This document shows positions 1-9,337 of a stretch of 64,000 nucleotides of DNA, in pieces. How positions within the stretch are numbered: position 1 is the first letter of the stretch; each line of letters starts with the position of its first letter. Location: sequence record MK773491.1, one strand, 5' to 3'. The notes beneath the pieces are model-generated. The model was given only the letters and a program-made list of their open reading frames with translations. It did not search any database and had not been told where the DNA came from. A program made the position numbers and the translations under genes.

Positions 1-1
1 A

Positions 2-340
2 AGTACTATGGGTACTCCCGGAATGCGTCTAGCTGGTAAACGTGCTCAAATTATGGCACACCAAGTATCATCTGGTACACAAGGTACACTAGCTGACCAG
101 AAAATCTCACTAGCACACAGCGAACTACTAGATGAAATGCTAGCACGTGAAATCGCAGAAGCTGTAGGGGTATCCTATGAACAGTACAAACTAGATACTG
201 CTCGTGATATGTGGATGACTGCTGAACAAGCACTAAACTATGGTGAGAAGGGTTTCATTGATGGTATTATCATCGGTGATAAGAACGAAGATGGTAAACT
301 ACTTGTTAAACGCCGTGGCGGTGTTGAGGAATGGGTATAA
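2..340 (+). CDS. clpP: ClpP-like ATP-dependent protease proteolytic subunit, C-terminal part (5' truncated by window)
   Basis: IMAHQ catalytic-His motif, D-TARDMWMTAEQALNYG..GFIDGII typical of the ClpP C-terminus; frame is open to the window edge. Confidence 0.85.
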   Translation, partial: STMGTPGMRLAGKRAQIMAHQVSSGTQGTLADQKISLAHSELLDEMLAREIAEAVGVSYEQYKLDTARDMWMTAEQALNYGEKGFIDGIIIGDKNEDGKLLVKRRGGVEEWV

Positions 341-633
341 TGGACAAACTACTAGTGCGGGGCGTAAATGCCCCACAAGATGCAGAAGTTGTCAGTACTG
401 AAGAGTTTATTACTCTAGCATTTGATCAAATTTCTGCAATTAGCTTGGATCTATCTTTTAGTAAAGAAAGCGGTGAAGTACTAGAAGGTATGAGTGATAT
501 GCTTGAACTAATGAAAGCAATTCTTATCGCTAAGAACATCAATCCTATCAATTTATTTGTTACAGCAGAAAAACTACGTTCTGAAGAAGGAACTTTTTCA
601 GACAAGAAAGCAGTACAACAGGAGCAAGAGTAA
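340..633 (+). CDS. hypothetical protein
   Basis: ORF track; ATG overlaps the clpP stop (TAATG). Confidence 0.7.
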   Translation: MDKLLVRGVNAPQDAEVVSTEEFITLAFDQISAISLDLSFSKESGEVLEGMSDMLELMKAILIAKNINPINLFVTAEKLRSEEGTFSDKKAVQQEQE

Positions 634-1076
634 TGAGTACTAATCAGCAATACAAAGAAGGTTATCAATATTTCAAAGAAAACGGTGCAATGGATCTAGA
701 TCTACTAAAACAACGTAGTCCTCTATTCCGTAGTGGTTACCGTAGTGCACAAGAAGAAGCTGCTAAGAAAAACAATGGCACCTTCCCAACTACGCTATAT
801 GATATTCCTCGTCGTCCAGAAAACTTTGTTCCTACTTGGAATGATATTCTAGCAGCAACTCGTCGTCCACGTATGCGTAAGCTACACGCAGATCATATGA
901 TTCCTCTACTAAATCTACTCATTCGTGAAGTAGAAAAGAATTGTGCTGACGTTACTCGCTATTCTGATGTACTTAAAAAAGTTGACACAGCTTTCGATAT
1001 CATGCTACAATATGGCTATGATGAAGGCATTCTAGACGAACGTGACCTAAAGCAATACGATTACGTTCCTAAGTAA
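633..1076 (+). CDS. hypothetical protein
   Basis: 147 aa ORF, TAATG coupling, phage-type codon usage. Confidence 0.75.
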   Translation: MSTNQQYKEGYQYFKENGAMDLDLLKQRSPLFRSGYRSAQEEAAKKNNGTFPTTLYDIPRRPENFVPTWNDILAATRRPRMRKLHADHMIPLLNLLIREVEKNCADVTRYSDVLKKVDTAFDIMLQYGYDEGILDERDLKQYDYVPK

Positions 1077-1084
1077 ACACAAAA

Positions 1085-1101
1085 GGCCGCTTCATGCGGC
1101 C
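1085..1101 (+). terminator. hairpin, probable intrinsic terminator
   Basis: GGCCGC-TTCAT-GCGGCC after the stop codon; weak U-tract. Confidence 0.55.
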
Positions 1102-1120
1102 TATATTGTTCGAGGTGAAT

Positions 1121-1642
1121 ATGAAACTTAAAGTCTTTACAATGGAAGAAACTAAACAATTAATTGATGACCTGAATAAGTACTGGAAACTTTGTGCTGA
1201 AGTTACTAGTATTGCAAGGTTCCGTATTACTGAGGGTTTTGAATCTCATGTTCGTGATTACAAATGGGATTGGCGTTCGCCATTCACTCGCCGTGTTAAG
1301 TCTGTTGAAGATATGACTTATAAGATTTGTGGTGGACAGTTTCGTAGTACGTATTATGAATTCATGGAAAGTAAGGGATTTTCCGAATACCTTTCTTGCT
1401 GGTTTGGTGATTCAGATCCAAAATATTATTTTGTCCAAAAGCCATACAATGATATTGTAGAGGCTGCGGCACGTATTGGTTATTGGAAACAAGAACATAT
1501 TGCAACATTCCACGAATTACTAGAATTGTATGCTGAACATCCTCTAGTGCCGGAAGATAAAGATATTGAAATTATCAAGACTGTTCGTTCCCGTCTTGAA
1601 ATTCTTGAACACATGATGGAAGAATATAATAATGCAATATAA
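1121..1642 (+). CDS. hypothetical protein
   Basis: ORF track 1094..1642; start moved to the ATG after GAGGTG. Confidence 0.7.
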   Translation: MKLKVFTMEETKQLIDDLNKYWKLCAEVTSIARFRITEGFESHVRDYKWDWRSPFTRRVKSVEDMTYKICGGQFRSTYYEFMESKGFSEYLSCWFGDSDPKYYFVQKPYNDIVEAAARIGYWKQEHIATFHELLELYAEHPLVPEDKDIEIIKTVRSRLEILEHMMEEYNNAI

Positions 1643-2156
1643 TTTAACAGAAGAACAAAGTACTAAATTCTATGAAGAATTGGTAGATGCAATCGAAACA
1701 ATCGATACTCTAAATGAACTTGCTATTGATACATTCAATAATTGGCATATTCAATACTTGGCTAATCACAAAAGTATTTTTGGATTTAAACCTTATAGTA
1801 TTGAAAAGTTCGGTAAGAAGATTACAATCGGTAAGGGTATTGAAATTGGTCAAAATCAAAAAAGACGTGTAATCTATAATGCTGATGGTTGGGGTGCTAA
1901 TCTCCGTACTACAAAGATTGCCAAACTAACCGGACGTTCATTCTTGGATGTATTGGGTGAAGTCAATCTAGTAAGTGCTGCATGTACATCATTTGTTTAT
2001 AAAAGCTATGAATATGATGAGTGGTGTGAAATCCGTGAAAAAATGGAAAAATATATGCAAATTCCATATACCATTGATAATGAATGGTTGGAAGTACTCG
2101 AAAGTCTACCAACCAAGATGTACTACTATAAACATGTACTAGGGGATATTGAATGA
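1632..2156 (+). CDS. hypothetical protein
   Basis: 174 aa ORF overlapping its neighbours in the operon. Confidence 0.7.
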   Translation: MQYNLTEEQSTKFYEELVDAIETIDTLNELAIDTFNNWHIQYLANHKSIFGFKPYSIEKFGKKITIGKGIEIGQNQKRRVIYNADGWGANLRTTKIAKLTGRSFLDVLGEVNLVSAACTSFVYKSYEYDEWCEIREKMEKYMQIPYTIDNEWLEVLESLPTKMYYYKHVLGDIE

Positions 2157-2653
2157 TTTTAAAAACATTAACACCTAAACAAACAGGCATTTGGATAAAA
2201 AATCTCCAAAAACTATTGTCATTGCGTAATGCCGTTAAAAAGTATCATAATTCTGAATATGATCGTGCAGAAAAATTATTCAACGAATCATATGGGTGGT
2301 TATATAAGGCATGGCATAGTATTGATGGTTATGAAGATTTACATCTAATGTGGAACGGTACTTATCATGTTCCAATGTCCATGATTTGTAGCCATGTTAA
2401 AAAACTAGAAACTGTTCCACCACATATGGTTGAATACAGAAAGCGTCTTATCTATGAATATCGTGACACACGCGACACTTTACTCAAACGTTTACAACAG
2501 AAATGGGAACGTTATGCCGAGCAACCTTTCCAAATTCAGGAAGGTGATTTGGAAATGTATGAGAACTTAAAAGTATGGCACCAAGAACTTAAAAATGTAC
2601 TAGTAGAGGGGGGCGTATACGATGAAACACTCGACTTGGATGAAGATTGCTAA
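2153..2653 (+). CDS. hypothetical protein
   Basis: 166 aa ORF, ATGA coupling. Confidence 0.7.
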   Translation: MILKTLTPKQTGIWIKNLQKLLSLRNAVKKYHNSEYDRAEKLFNESYGWLYKAWHSIDGYEDLHLMWNGTYHVPMSMICSHVKKLETVPPHMVEYRKRLIYEYRDTRDTLLKRLQQKWERYAEQPFQIQEGDLEMYENLKVWHQELKNVLVEGGVYDETLDLDEDC

Positions 2654-3095
2654 AGATGTAGCTGATGAGAGTAAATGTATCTCTCATCACGTAGGAGCAG
2701 TAATTGTACAGAATGATCGCATTGTCAGTACTGGATACAATGGCACACCAACGAAGCAGGTAAATTGTTGTGATGCAAATGCACATTTAGTACACAATGG
2801 TGAATTACAAAATTGGGTATCAGATGAAGCTAAAGTAGAACATCATAACTGGAGTCTAATGCATGAAATTCATGCTGAAATGAATGCATTGCTTTATAGT
2901 TCACCAAAAGACCGTATTGGTGCAACTCTTTACAGTACTCTTCAACCATGCTATACTTGTTCTCTATTGATTGCTGGAAGTGGCATTACGAAAGTAATCT
3001 ACGAGAAAGAATATCCACGTACACCAGAACAAGCGATTAATGTTCTACGTAATGCTGGTATTCAAGTTCATAAATTATCAGATTTGGGAGAATAA
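2622..3095 (+). CDS. cd: dCMP deaminase
   Basis: VGAVIV..DRIVSTGYNGTP, HAEMNA and PCYTC Zn-deaminase motifs. Confidence 0.9.
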   Translation: MKHSTWMKIAKDVADESKCISHHVGAVIVQNDRIVSTGYNGTPTKQVNCCDANAHLVHNGELQNWVSDEAKVEHHNWSLMHEIHAEMNALLYSSPKDRIGATLYSTLQPCYTCSLLIAGSGITKVIYEKEYPRTPEQAINVLRNAGIQVHKLSDLGE

Positions 3096-3098
3096 TAT

Positions 3099-3374
3099 AT
3101 GTATCTATTGTTTTCAGTACTTGTTATGATTGGAATATCTTTTGCTACATATATTATAATGAAAATTATCAATTATAGCGTAAATGTTGATATGAATGGT
3201 AATTCACGTAACTTTAAAGTTCGTTATAATCCATCAAACCATAAGTACTACTTAACAAATGCATCACGCTTTGGTGATATTGATGTATGCAGATTTGGCC
3301 CATTCTTCCGTGTATATTACAAAAGTAAGATTGATGCTGATTTAGTAATGCAAAAATTAAATGATTATCAATAA
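3099..3374 (+). CDS. hypothetical membrane-anchored protein
   Basis: N-terminal hydrophobic helix. Confidence 0.65.
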   Translation: MYLLFSVLVMIGISFATYIIMKIINYSVNVDMNGNSRNFKVRYNPSNHKYYLTNASRFGDIDVCRFGPFFRVYYKSKIDADLVMQKLNDYQ

Positions 3375-3398
3375 AAAGGAGGCCACTTGGCCTCCTTT
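3375..3398. terminator. bidirectional intrinsic terminator between convergent genes
   Basis: AAAGGAGGCC-ACTT-GGCCTCCTTT. Confidence 0.8.
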
Positions 3399-3506
3399 AA
3401 TGTATACACTAATTAATTGGAAAAAATCTGTATTTCATTAATTATATGTTTTTAGAGTAAATTAATATATGTAAAAATTCACCAATATATGAGTATTTTT
3501 TATATA

Positions 3507-4181
3507 TTATGATACGGTTACAGCAGCAATAGCTTGTTTTGCACCATCAGTAGTTACTACAGTGATATTAGCAGTTCCGGTAGAGATGAATTTCACTAAT
3601 CCGGTACTACTTATAGTAGCAACTTCAACATTATCCGATTCCCATGATACTGATTTATCAGTTGCATTTTCTGGTAATATAGTAGCAACTAATTGTACAT
3701 CAGGGTCACCGACTGCCCCAGAAACTGTACTTGGTTCAACTGAAACACTTTCAACATTCACAACGGTTGGTTCAGGTGGAACTGCTTCTGTGGTTTGTGC
3801 ATTATAATCCACTATATCTACTTCTAAACCATTTGACAAAATGATTTTATGAGTGAAGAATTTGTATGCATAACCAAGTACATCACCAGATTCAAGATCA
3901 TATACTTTCACGACATATTGATTCTTTCCAATAGATTGTTTAATTTCTTCCGCAGTAGCTGATAATGGTAGATCTTTGAAATTCTTATCTTTACTAACCA
4001 TTTTCATGAAAGAATAGATTTTATCAGTTCCTTCATTAACTAGATCAAAAATACGGGTAGAACGTTCATTAATGATGAATAATTTATCATCAATTGGGTT
4101 TGCTTCATTATCTACTGCTGCAAATACATTAATGCCACCTACATTAAATGGCAATTCTCCAAATTTAGCGATAGGCTTCAT
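3507..4181 (-). CDS. Ig-like (Big_2) domain protein, probable virion decoration/adhesion protein
   Basis: C-terminal VESVSVEP..VQLVATILPENATDKSVSWESDN..VATISSTGLV..GTANITV.T.DG Big_2 pattern; start set to the ATG after AGGAG. Confidence 0.8.
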   Translation of the reverse strand: MKPIAKFGELPFNVGGINVFAAVDNEANPIDDKLFIINERSTRIFDLVNEGTDKIYSFMKMVSKDKNFKDLPLSATAEEIKQSIGKNQYVVKVYDLESGDVLGYAYKFFTHKIILSNGLEVDIVDYNAQTTEAVPPEPTVVNVESVSVEPSTVSGAVGDPDVQLVATILPENATDKSVSWESDNVEVATISSTGLVKFISTGTANITVVTTDGAKQAIAAVTVS

Positions 4182-4230
4182 TGGCTTTCTCCTATTATTA
4201 AAGTACTTTATAATATTTACCAAAAAAGTC

Positions 4231-4259
4231 TTGACATATGGAACAAAACGTCATACAAT
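4231..4259 (+). promoter_or_regulatory. sigma70-type promoter
   Basis: TTGACA-17 nt-TACAAT. Confidence 0.65.
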
Positions 4260-4297
4260 GTACCTCATATCACGATAACATCCCCTTGAAAAATCTT

Positions 4298-4325
4298 GGG
4301 ACAAACTAAAAAAATGTGATATAAT
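4298..4325 (+). promoter_or_regulatory. GGGACAAA-class promoter (copy 1)
   Basis: GGGACA-16 nt-TATAAT with TGTG extended -10, upstream of natV. Confidence 0.7.
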
Positions 4326-4381
4326 AAAGATGTAGCCGATGATGTAGTCGGTGTTAAAATAGTAACTAAGGAGTACTTAGA

Positions 4382-5497
4382 ATGAAAGAAAAAGTCTATG
4401 TTTATATTGGTCGTTTTCAAATGACTCATGGTGGTCATGAAGCTGTCATTAAACATGCATCACAAAAAGCAGACCGTTTAGTATTGCTAGTTGGTTCTTC
4501 TGAACTAGCTCGTGATCCTAAAAACCCATTTACGTTTGAAGAACGTAAATCAGTGCTAGAAGCAATGTCCCAACGTATCGTAAGTGAAGAATGGTCTAAA
4601 GGTCGTTCTGTGAAAGTAGATATCCTACCAATTCATGATTATACTTACAATAACACGAAATGGCTAAAAGAAGTACAAAACCAAGTACGTTCGGTTACTA
4701 ACAGTACCGATATTACTCTTGCAGGTTGCCGTAAAAACGGTGATGAAAGTACATTCTATCTTGACTTCTTCCCACACTGGAAACAAGATTTTATTGAAGA
4801 AGTAACAAAAGTGAATCATGCGGTTCCAAAAGAATATCGCGAAATGGATTCTAAAGTAAATCCGAACCCTGCTATCAGCAGTACTGAATTACGTAATCAA
4901 TTCTTCAGTACTAAGCAAGTGCCAGTTAATCTTCCACCCGAAACTACAGAGTTTCTAGAGAAGTTTAAAGTACGCAACGCAGACATTCTTGATAATCTAG
5001 TTAATGAGCACAACTTTGTAGTACGTTATCGTCAACAGATGAATGAACAACTACCGTACACCAACATTCCATTTCTAACTGGTGATGCATTGGTCGTTTG
5101 TGCTGGTCACGTATTACTAGTGAAGCGTCGTACTTATCCCGGTAAAGGTCTATGGGCGTTACCCGGTGGATTCTTTGATGCATGGCAAGACCAAACTCAA
5201 GTAGATACTGCTCTACGTGAACTAAAAGAAGAAACTAAAATCGATGTTCGTTATAAAGAATTGAAAGGTTCCATTGATAAGGTAGAAGAGTTTGGTGACT
5301 TTAACCGTTCACTACGTTGGCGTATTATTACCAAGTGTGCTTACATCAAACTCAATGGGAATAAACTACCAAAAGTTAAAGGTAGTGATGATGCTGAGAA
5401 AGCGTTTTGGGTTCCACTATCTGAAATTGCCAACAATCGTCACATGTTCTTTGAGGATCACCTAAGTATCATCGACACATTCCTTGGGATTCTATAA
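4382..5497 (+). CDS. natV: bifunctional NMN adenylyltransferase / ADP-ribose pyrophosphatase (NadM-NUDIX)
   Basis: GRFQMTHGGH (HxGH-type), KNPFTFEER, ISSTELR; C-terminal LWALPGGF..ALRELKEET NUDIX box, FFEDH. Confidence 0.9.
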   Translation: MKEKVYVYIGRFQMTHGGHEAVIKHASQKADRLVLLVGSSELARDPKNPFTFEERKSVLEAMSQRIVSEEWSKGRSVKVDILPIHDYTYNNTKWLKEVQNQVRSVTNSTDITLAGCRKNGDESTFYLDFFPHWKQDFIEEVTKVNHAVPKEYREMDSKVNPNPAISSTELRNQFFSTKQVPVNLPPETTEFLEKFKVRNADILDNLVNEHNFVVRYRQQMNEQLPYTNIPFLTGDALVVCAGHVLLVKRRTYPGKGLWALPGGFFDAWQDQTQVDTALRELKEETKIDVRYKELKGSIDKVEEFGDFNRSLRWRIITKCAYIKLNGNKLPKVKGSDDAEKAFWVPLSEIANNRHMFFEDHLSIIDTFLGIL

Positions 5498-6039
5498 TGC
5501 TATATTGTCTCACGAGAGATGTATACAATGATTTGATGGCAATGCAAATGCATTTATCTGCCAAATACGATACAACGAACTGTAAATATCTTGACATTAT
5601 CCCACATAATGTTAGATTATGTAAAACAGAATCGTTAATCTTTAAAGCAGTTAGTAAACTGTACAATAATGGTGATTACTATAATCACCATCTAATCATA
5701 AGGAACTGGTGTAGTACTATTCACCCGTTCACTAGTGATACAACTGATATGCATTTTCAGTATCCAGAAAATGATATTGGTTTTTGGGAATACACTTATG
5801 TTGCTCTTGGTGCTAAGAAAGTATTCATTAGTAATACAATGTATTCCAAATATATTTCAGTTAATGGTGGAGTTCCATACTACCGGATAGACGATGGGCT
5901 ATCGGAAAAAGAATATACATTAGCTGAGATAGCAGCGAGTAATCAAAAATTCAAATTGGATGCAGTTTTTCCTGCTGAACCAAATATGTTCTCAGAAACT
6001 AATCTTGAATATATGATTCCTTACTCACTTATAATCTGA
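5497..6039 (+). CDS. hypothetical protein between natV and nadV
   Basis: 180 aa ORF, TAATG coupling. Confidence 0.65.
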   Translation: MLYCLTRDVYNDLMAMQMHLSAKYDTTNCKYLDIIPHNVRLCKTESLIFKAVSKLYNNGDYYNHHLIIRNWCSTIHPFTSDTTDMHFQYPENDIGFWEYTYVALGAKKVFISNTMYSKYISVNGGVPYYRIDDGLSEKEYTLAEIAASNQKFKLDAVFPAEPNMFSETNLEYMIPYSLII

Positions 6040-6085
6040 AAGGCGAAGTAGCTTTTCTTAACAACTTCCAAAGAGGTAATAAAAT

Positions 6086-7564
6086 ATGAAAAATCTAAAT
6101 GTAAACTTCATCCTAAACGTAGATAGTTACAAAACCGCACATGGTATGATGATGAAAGATGGTGTAATCGCACTAGAATCAAATATCATTGCACGTAAGC
6201 CAACACCATACACTACTCACGTAGTAATGATGGGTCTACAAATCTATCTACAAGAATACTTAGATATTACTATCACCGTAGATGATATCGATGAGGCTGA
6301 AGAAGAGACACGTTCTCGTGGAGATTATTTCGACCGCCCATTCTGGGAACATATTGTAGAAGTACACAAAGGTCGTGTACCACTACATATCCGTGCAATT
6401 CCTGAAGGTACAGTAGTACCAGTAGGGATGCCATTAGTACGCTCTATGAGTACTGATCCAGCAGTTGTAGTCATTGCTAGCTATATTGAAACTCAACTTC
6501 AACGTGCAGTGCATTATCCTACAACCGTTGCAACCAATGCTCGTAGTATCAAATCCTTTTTAGCTGACACTATGGAACGCCATGCTGGTCATCGCAACGT
6601 TGACTATCATTTGCATAACTTTGGTGATCGCAGTGCTTCTAGCTATGAATCCGCATGGTTAGCAGGTGTATCACACGCAGTAATGTTTAACGGTTCTGAT
6701 TGTCTATTGGCAAACCGTTATATCAAACATTTCTATCACACTAAGAAAAATTATCTAAGCAGTGTAATGGCAACTGAGCATAGTGCAACTTGTTCAAACT
6801 CGGATGCAAACAAGCGTGATGATTTTAACATGGCCTTGAAAATGGTTCGTATTTGGGAAAAGATGTGTGATGATTATATTGCAAAAGGTTCAGTTGGTGT
6901 TCCACCAATCGTATCTATTGTAATTGATACTTATGATGCATATCGCTTTGTTCGTGAGTTTATCGGTACTCGTTTAAAATCAACTATCGAATCAATTGCT
7001 CGTAAATGTCCGGGTGCTAAACTAGTAATGCGTCCTGATAGTGGTGACCCAACAACAATGCCAATCGAAATTCTAGAGATTCTAGCAGATAAGTTCGGTA
7101 CTACTTTGAATGGAAAAGGTATGCGTGTACTACCACCATTTATTGGTGTAATTCAAGGTGATGGAATTATGGAAGAATCTATTCGTGACATTGTTTCGAA
7201 CCTAGATAAACATAACCTATCACTTGAGAACATTGTGTTTGGTATGGGCGGTAAACTAGTACATCCACCAAAAGGCCGTGACCAATTCAGTTTTGCAATG
7301 AAAGGTTCTGCACAACAACTAGAAGATGGTACGTGGGAAGATCTATTTAAAGACCCAATCACTGATGTAGGTAAACGTAGTCTTCGTGGTCGTGTAACTA
7401 CTTTCAAATGTAAACAAAGTGGTAAAATTATGGCTGAACGTATCGAGCTAGCAGAAGTAAACCCTTTCTTAGAAGACATGATGGTTGATGTTTATAAGGA
7501 TGGTGTAATTATGAACTTAAGTACTTTCGACGAAGTTCGTGAACGTGCTAACAAAGGTTTATAA
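6086..7564 (+). CDS. nadV: nicotinamide phosphoribosyltransferase (NAMPT)
   Basis: DSYKTAH, LHNFGDR, ATEHS, IVIDTYD, RPDSGDP, VIQGDG, VFGMGG, FKDPITDVGKRSLRG motifs. Confidence 0.93.
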   Translation: MKNLNVNFILNVDSYKTAHGMMMKDGVIALESNIIARKPTPYTTHVVMMGLQIYLQEYLDITITVDDIDEAEEETRSRGDYFDRPFWEHIVEVHKGRVPLHIRAIPEGTVVPVGMPLVRSMSTDPAVVVIASYIETQLQRAVHYPTTVATNARSIKSFLADTMERHAGHRNVDYHLHNFGDRSASSYESAWLAGVSHAVMFNGSDCLLANRYIKHFYHTKKNYLSSVMATEHSATCSNSDANKRDDFNMALKMVRIWEKMCDDYIAKGSVGVPPIVSIVIDTYDAYRFVREFIGTRLKSTIESIARKCPGAKLVMRPDSGDPTTMPIEILEILADKFGTTLNGKGMRVLPPFIGVIQGDGIMEESIRDIVSNLDKHNLSLENIVFGMGGKLVHPPKGRDQFSFAMKGSAQQLEDGTWEDLFKDPITDVGKRSLRGRVTTFKCKQSGKIMAERIELAEVNPFLEDMMVDVYKDGVIMNLSTFDEVRERANKGL

Positions 7565-7570
7565 GTTATT

Positions 7571-7598
7571 GGGAGGCAAATTGCCTCCCCATTTTTTT
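7571..7598 (+). terminator. intrinsic terminator
   Basis: GGGAGGC/GCCTCCC GC-rich stem followed by a T-run. Confidence 0.8.
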
Positions 7599-7618
7599 AA
7601 CTAATAAAAGGAAAAATA

Positions 7619-8041
7619 ATGTTGGATTTCCTTAAATGTCTTGAGCGTCAAAATTATTTGTACACTGAAATTCAAAAACAAACAACTACATATGATGACC
7701 GTCATCATTACTACACTCAATTATATGCCCTAAAAAGACAACAAGAATTTGTGAATGCTAAATTACCTTATAAATGTGGATTTGTTACTGCGAAGCGTAA
7801 TACTGGCGATTGTGTATATTTTCAAGTTCAAGATGAATGGTACAAAATCGATACATCATTATTTTATCTAGAACGTTGTTATATAACAGATTACTATCAG
7901 TTTTGTGGAATCCTATATATTGTATACCAAGATGGCTACGCTAGAAAGATTTACACGGTTGCTGCTGATATTGAAAAGATTGAAAATGATGCTTGCATTC
8001 CTGAGCAAGAAACTATATACTATTATTTCAATAGTAATTAG
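7619..8041 (+). CDS. hypothetical protein
   Basis: 140 aa ORF with AAGGA upstream. Confidence 0.7.
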   Translation: MLDFLKCLERQNYLYTEIQKQTTTYDDRHHYYTQLYALKRQQEFVNAKLPYKCGFVTAKRNTGDCVYFQVQDEWYKIDTSLFYLERCYITDYYQFCGILYIVYQDGYARKIYTVAADIEKIENDACIPEQETIYYYFNSN

Positions 8042-8052
8042 AGGATTAGAAA

Positions 8053-8292
8053 ATGGTAATTTCCCTGTCCGTAATATTCATGGTAATCTGGTGGTTTGGT
8101 GTTGGCCCGTTTCTTTTAGTACTTAATGCTATTGCACATAGCGATACTAACTTACTATTAGGTTATGCAAAGAAAGAACAGAAAAGTACTTTTAAGTTTC
8201 GCGTTTACCAAGTACTACACTGTATTGGTTATCTATCATGGGTGGTTGGTTTCATTTCCATATATCCACTCGTTTCACATTTTATGAAATAA
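8053..8292 (+). CDS. small membrane protein
   Basis: two hydrophobic segments, GAGGA upstream. Confidence 0.65.
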   Translation: MVISLSVIFMVIWWFGVGPFLLVLNAIAHSDTNLLLGYAKKEQKSTFKFRVYQVLHCIGYLSWVVGFISIYPLVSHFMK

Positions 8293-8301
8293 GGAATAAC
8301 A

Positions 8302-8895
8302 ATGACTTGTATTATCGCATATACTAATGGGGAATCATCTTTCATTGCTGGTGACAAACTAGGTTCTAACGGGTTTACTAAGTCCGTGATGGTTGAACCT
8401 AAAATCTTTGAAAAGAAATTCATCAAAGTACTTTCTGATGGTGTACAACGTGAAGAACAAACAATCGCAATGGGTGGAACAACTTCTTTCCGTATGCTTC
8501 AACTTCTAGACCACAAATTGGTTCTACCAGTACAAGAAAAAGATACAACAACCATTCAGTATTTGGTTCATCAGGTTATTCCTGAGATTCGTCGCCTCTT
8601 TAAAGAAGAATGGGGTTCTCGTGACAATACACAAGAAGTTGGTGGTGGGCAGTTCATTATTCTCCACAATCATGTGATTTATGAAGTTCAAGAAGACTTT
8701 TCAGTACTACAACCTAAAACTAATATTACATCTGTTGGTAGTGGTACATATCATGCAATCGCTTCAATGCAAGCATTTTTGATTGCTGAAAAGGATAGTA
8801 AAGTAAAACTAATTGATCGTGTAACTGATGTATTTGAAATTGTAAGTGCTAACGTAACTAGTGTAAGTGCTGAATATGACATTTTCAAATATTGA
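8302..8895 (+). CDS. Ntn-hydrolase, proteasome-beta/HslV-like peptidase
   Basis: M-T-CIIA start (Thr1 nucleophile), GDK..., KIF (Lys33 equivalent) and SVGSG motif. Confidence 0.7.
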   Translation: MTCIIAYTNGESSFIAGDKLGSNGFTKSVMVEPKIFEKKFIKVLSDGVQREEQTIAMGGTTSFRMLQLLDHKLVLPVQEKDTTTIQYLVHQVIPEIRRLFKEEWGSRDNTQEVGGGQFIILHNHVIYEVQEDFSVLQPKTNITSVGSGTYHAIASMQAFLIAEKDSKVKLIDRVTDVFEIVSANVTSVSAEYDIFKY

Positions 8896-8905
8896 TGATA
8901 GAAAT

Positions 8906-9304
8906 ATGCGTATACATTATTGGTTAAGATGGGCTTATGAAAGAACGGAAATGGAAAAATCATTCCAGACACGTGCACAAGCAATTCATAAGTTAGTACA
9001 TACCAATAAGGAAATTCATGATATTTTAATGGATTCAAAAACGCATACAGTATCGTTTGATGTACTTGCTGGTGTTAGTCAGACGGCATCATTTGAAAGA
9101 TATCTAACTATAATAGCTACGAGAAATTTCAAATATGAAATATCATCTTCTGAGTTTTTCGAAGTTATGAAGTTAAACAATAGAGGTACTTGGATTTTTT
9201 ATTCCTTCAATGTACCCTGTGAAAACAGTAAACAAGAGTGCTTGCACATTCTATCCAGTGATGGAGTTTACGTGTACCGGGGTGCTCTAACCTTTGTCCA
9301 GTAA
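8906..9304 (+). CDS. hypothetical protein
   Basis: ORF track 8867..9304; first non-overlapping ATG used. Confidence 0.55.
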   Translation: MRIHYWLRWAYERTEMEKSFQTRAQAIHKLVHTNKEIHDILMDSKTHTVSFDVLAGVSQTASFERYLTIIATRNFKYEISSSEFFEVMKLNNRGTWIFYSFNVPCENSKQECLHILSSDGVYVYRGALTFVQ

Positions 9305-9307
9305 ATA
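9301..9307 (+). promoter_or_regulatory. possible late promoter (TAAATA) before acb1
   Basis: GTAAATA about 30 nt before the start codon. Confidence 0.4.
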
Positions 9308-9337
9308 CATATAGTTAACCAATTAAAGGAACACATT

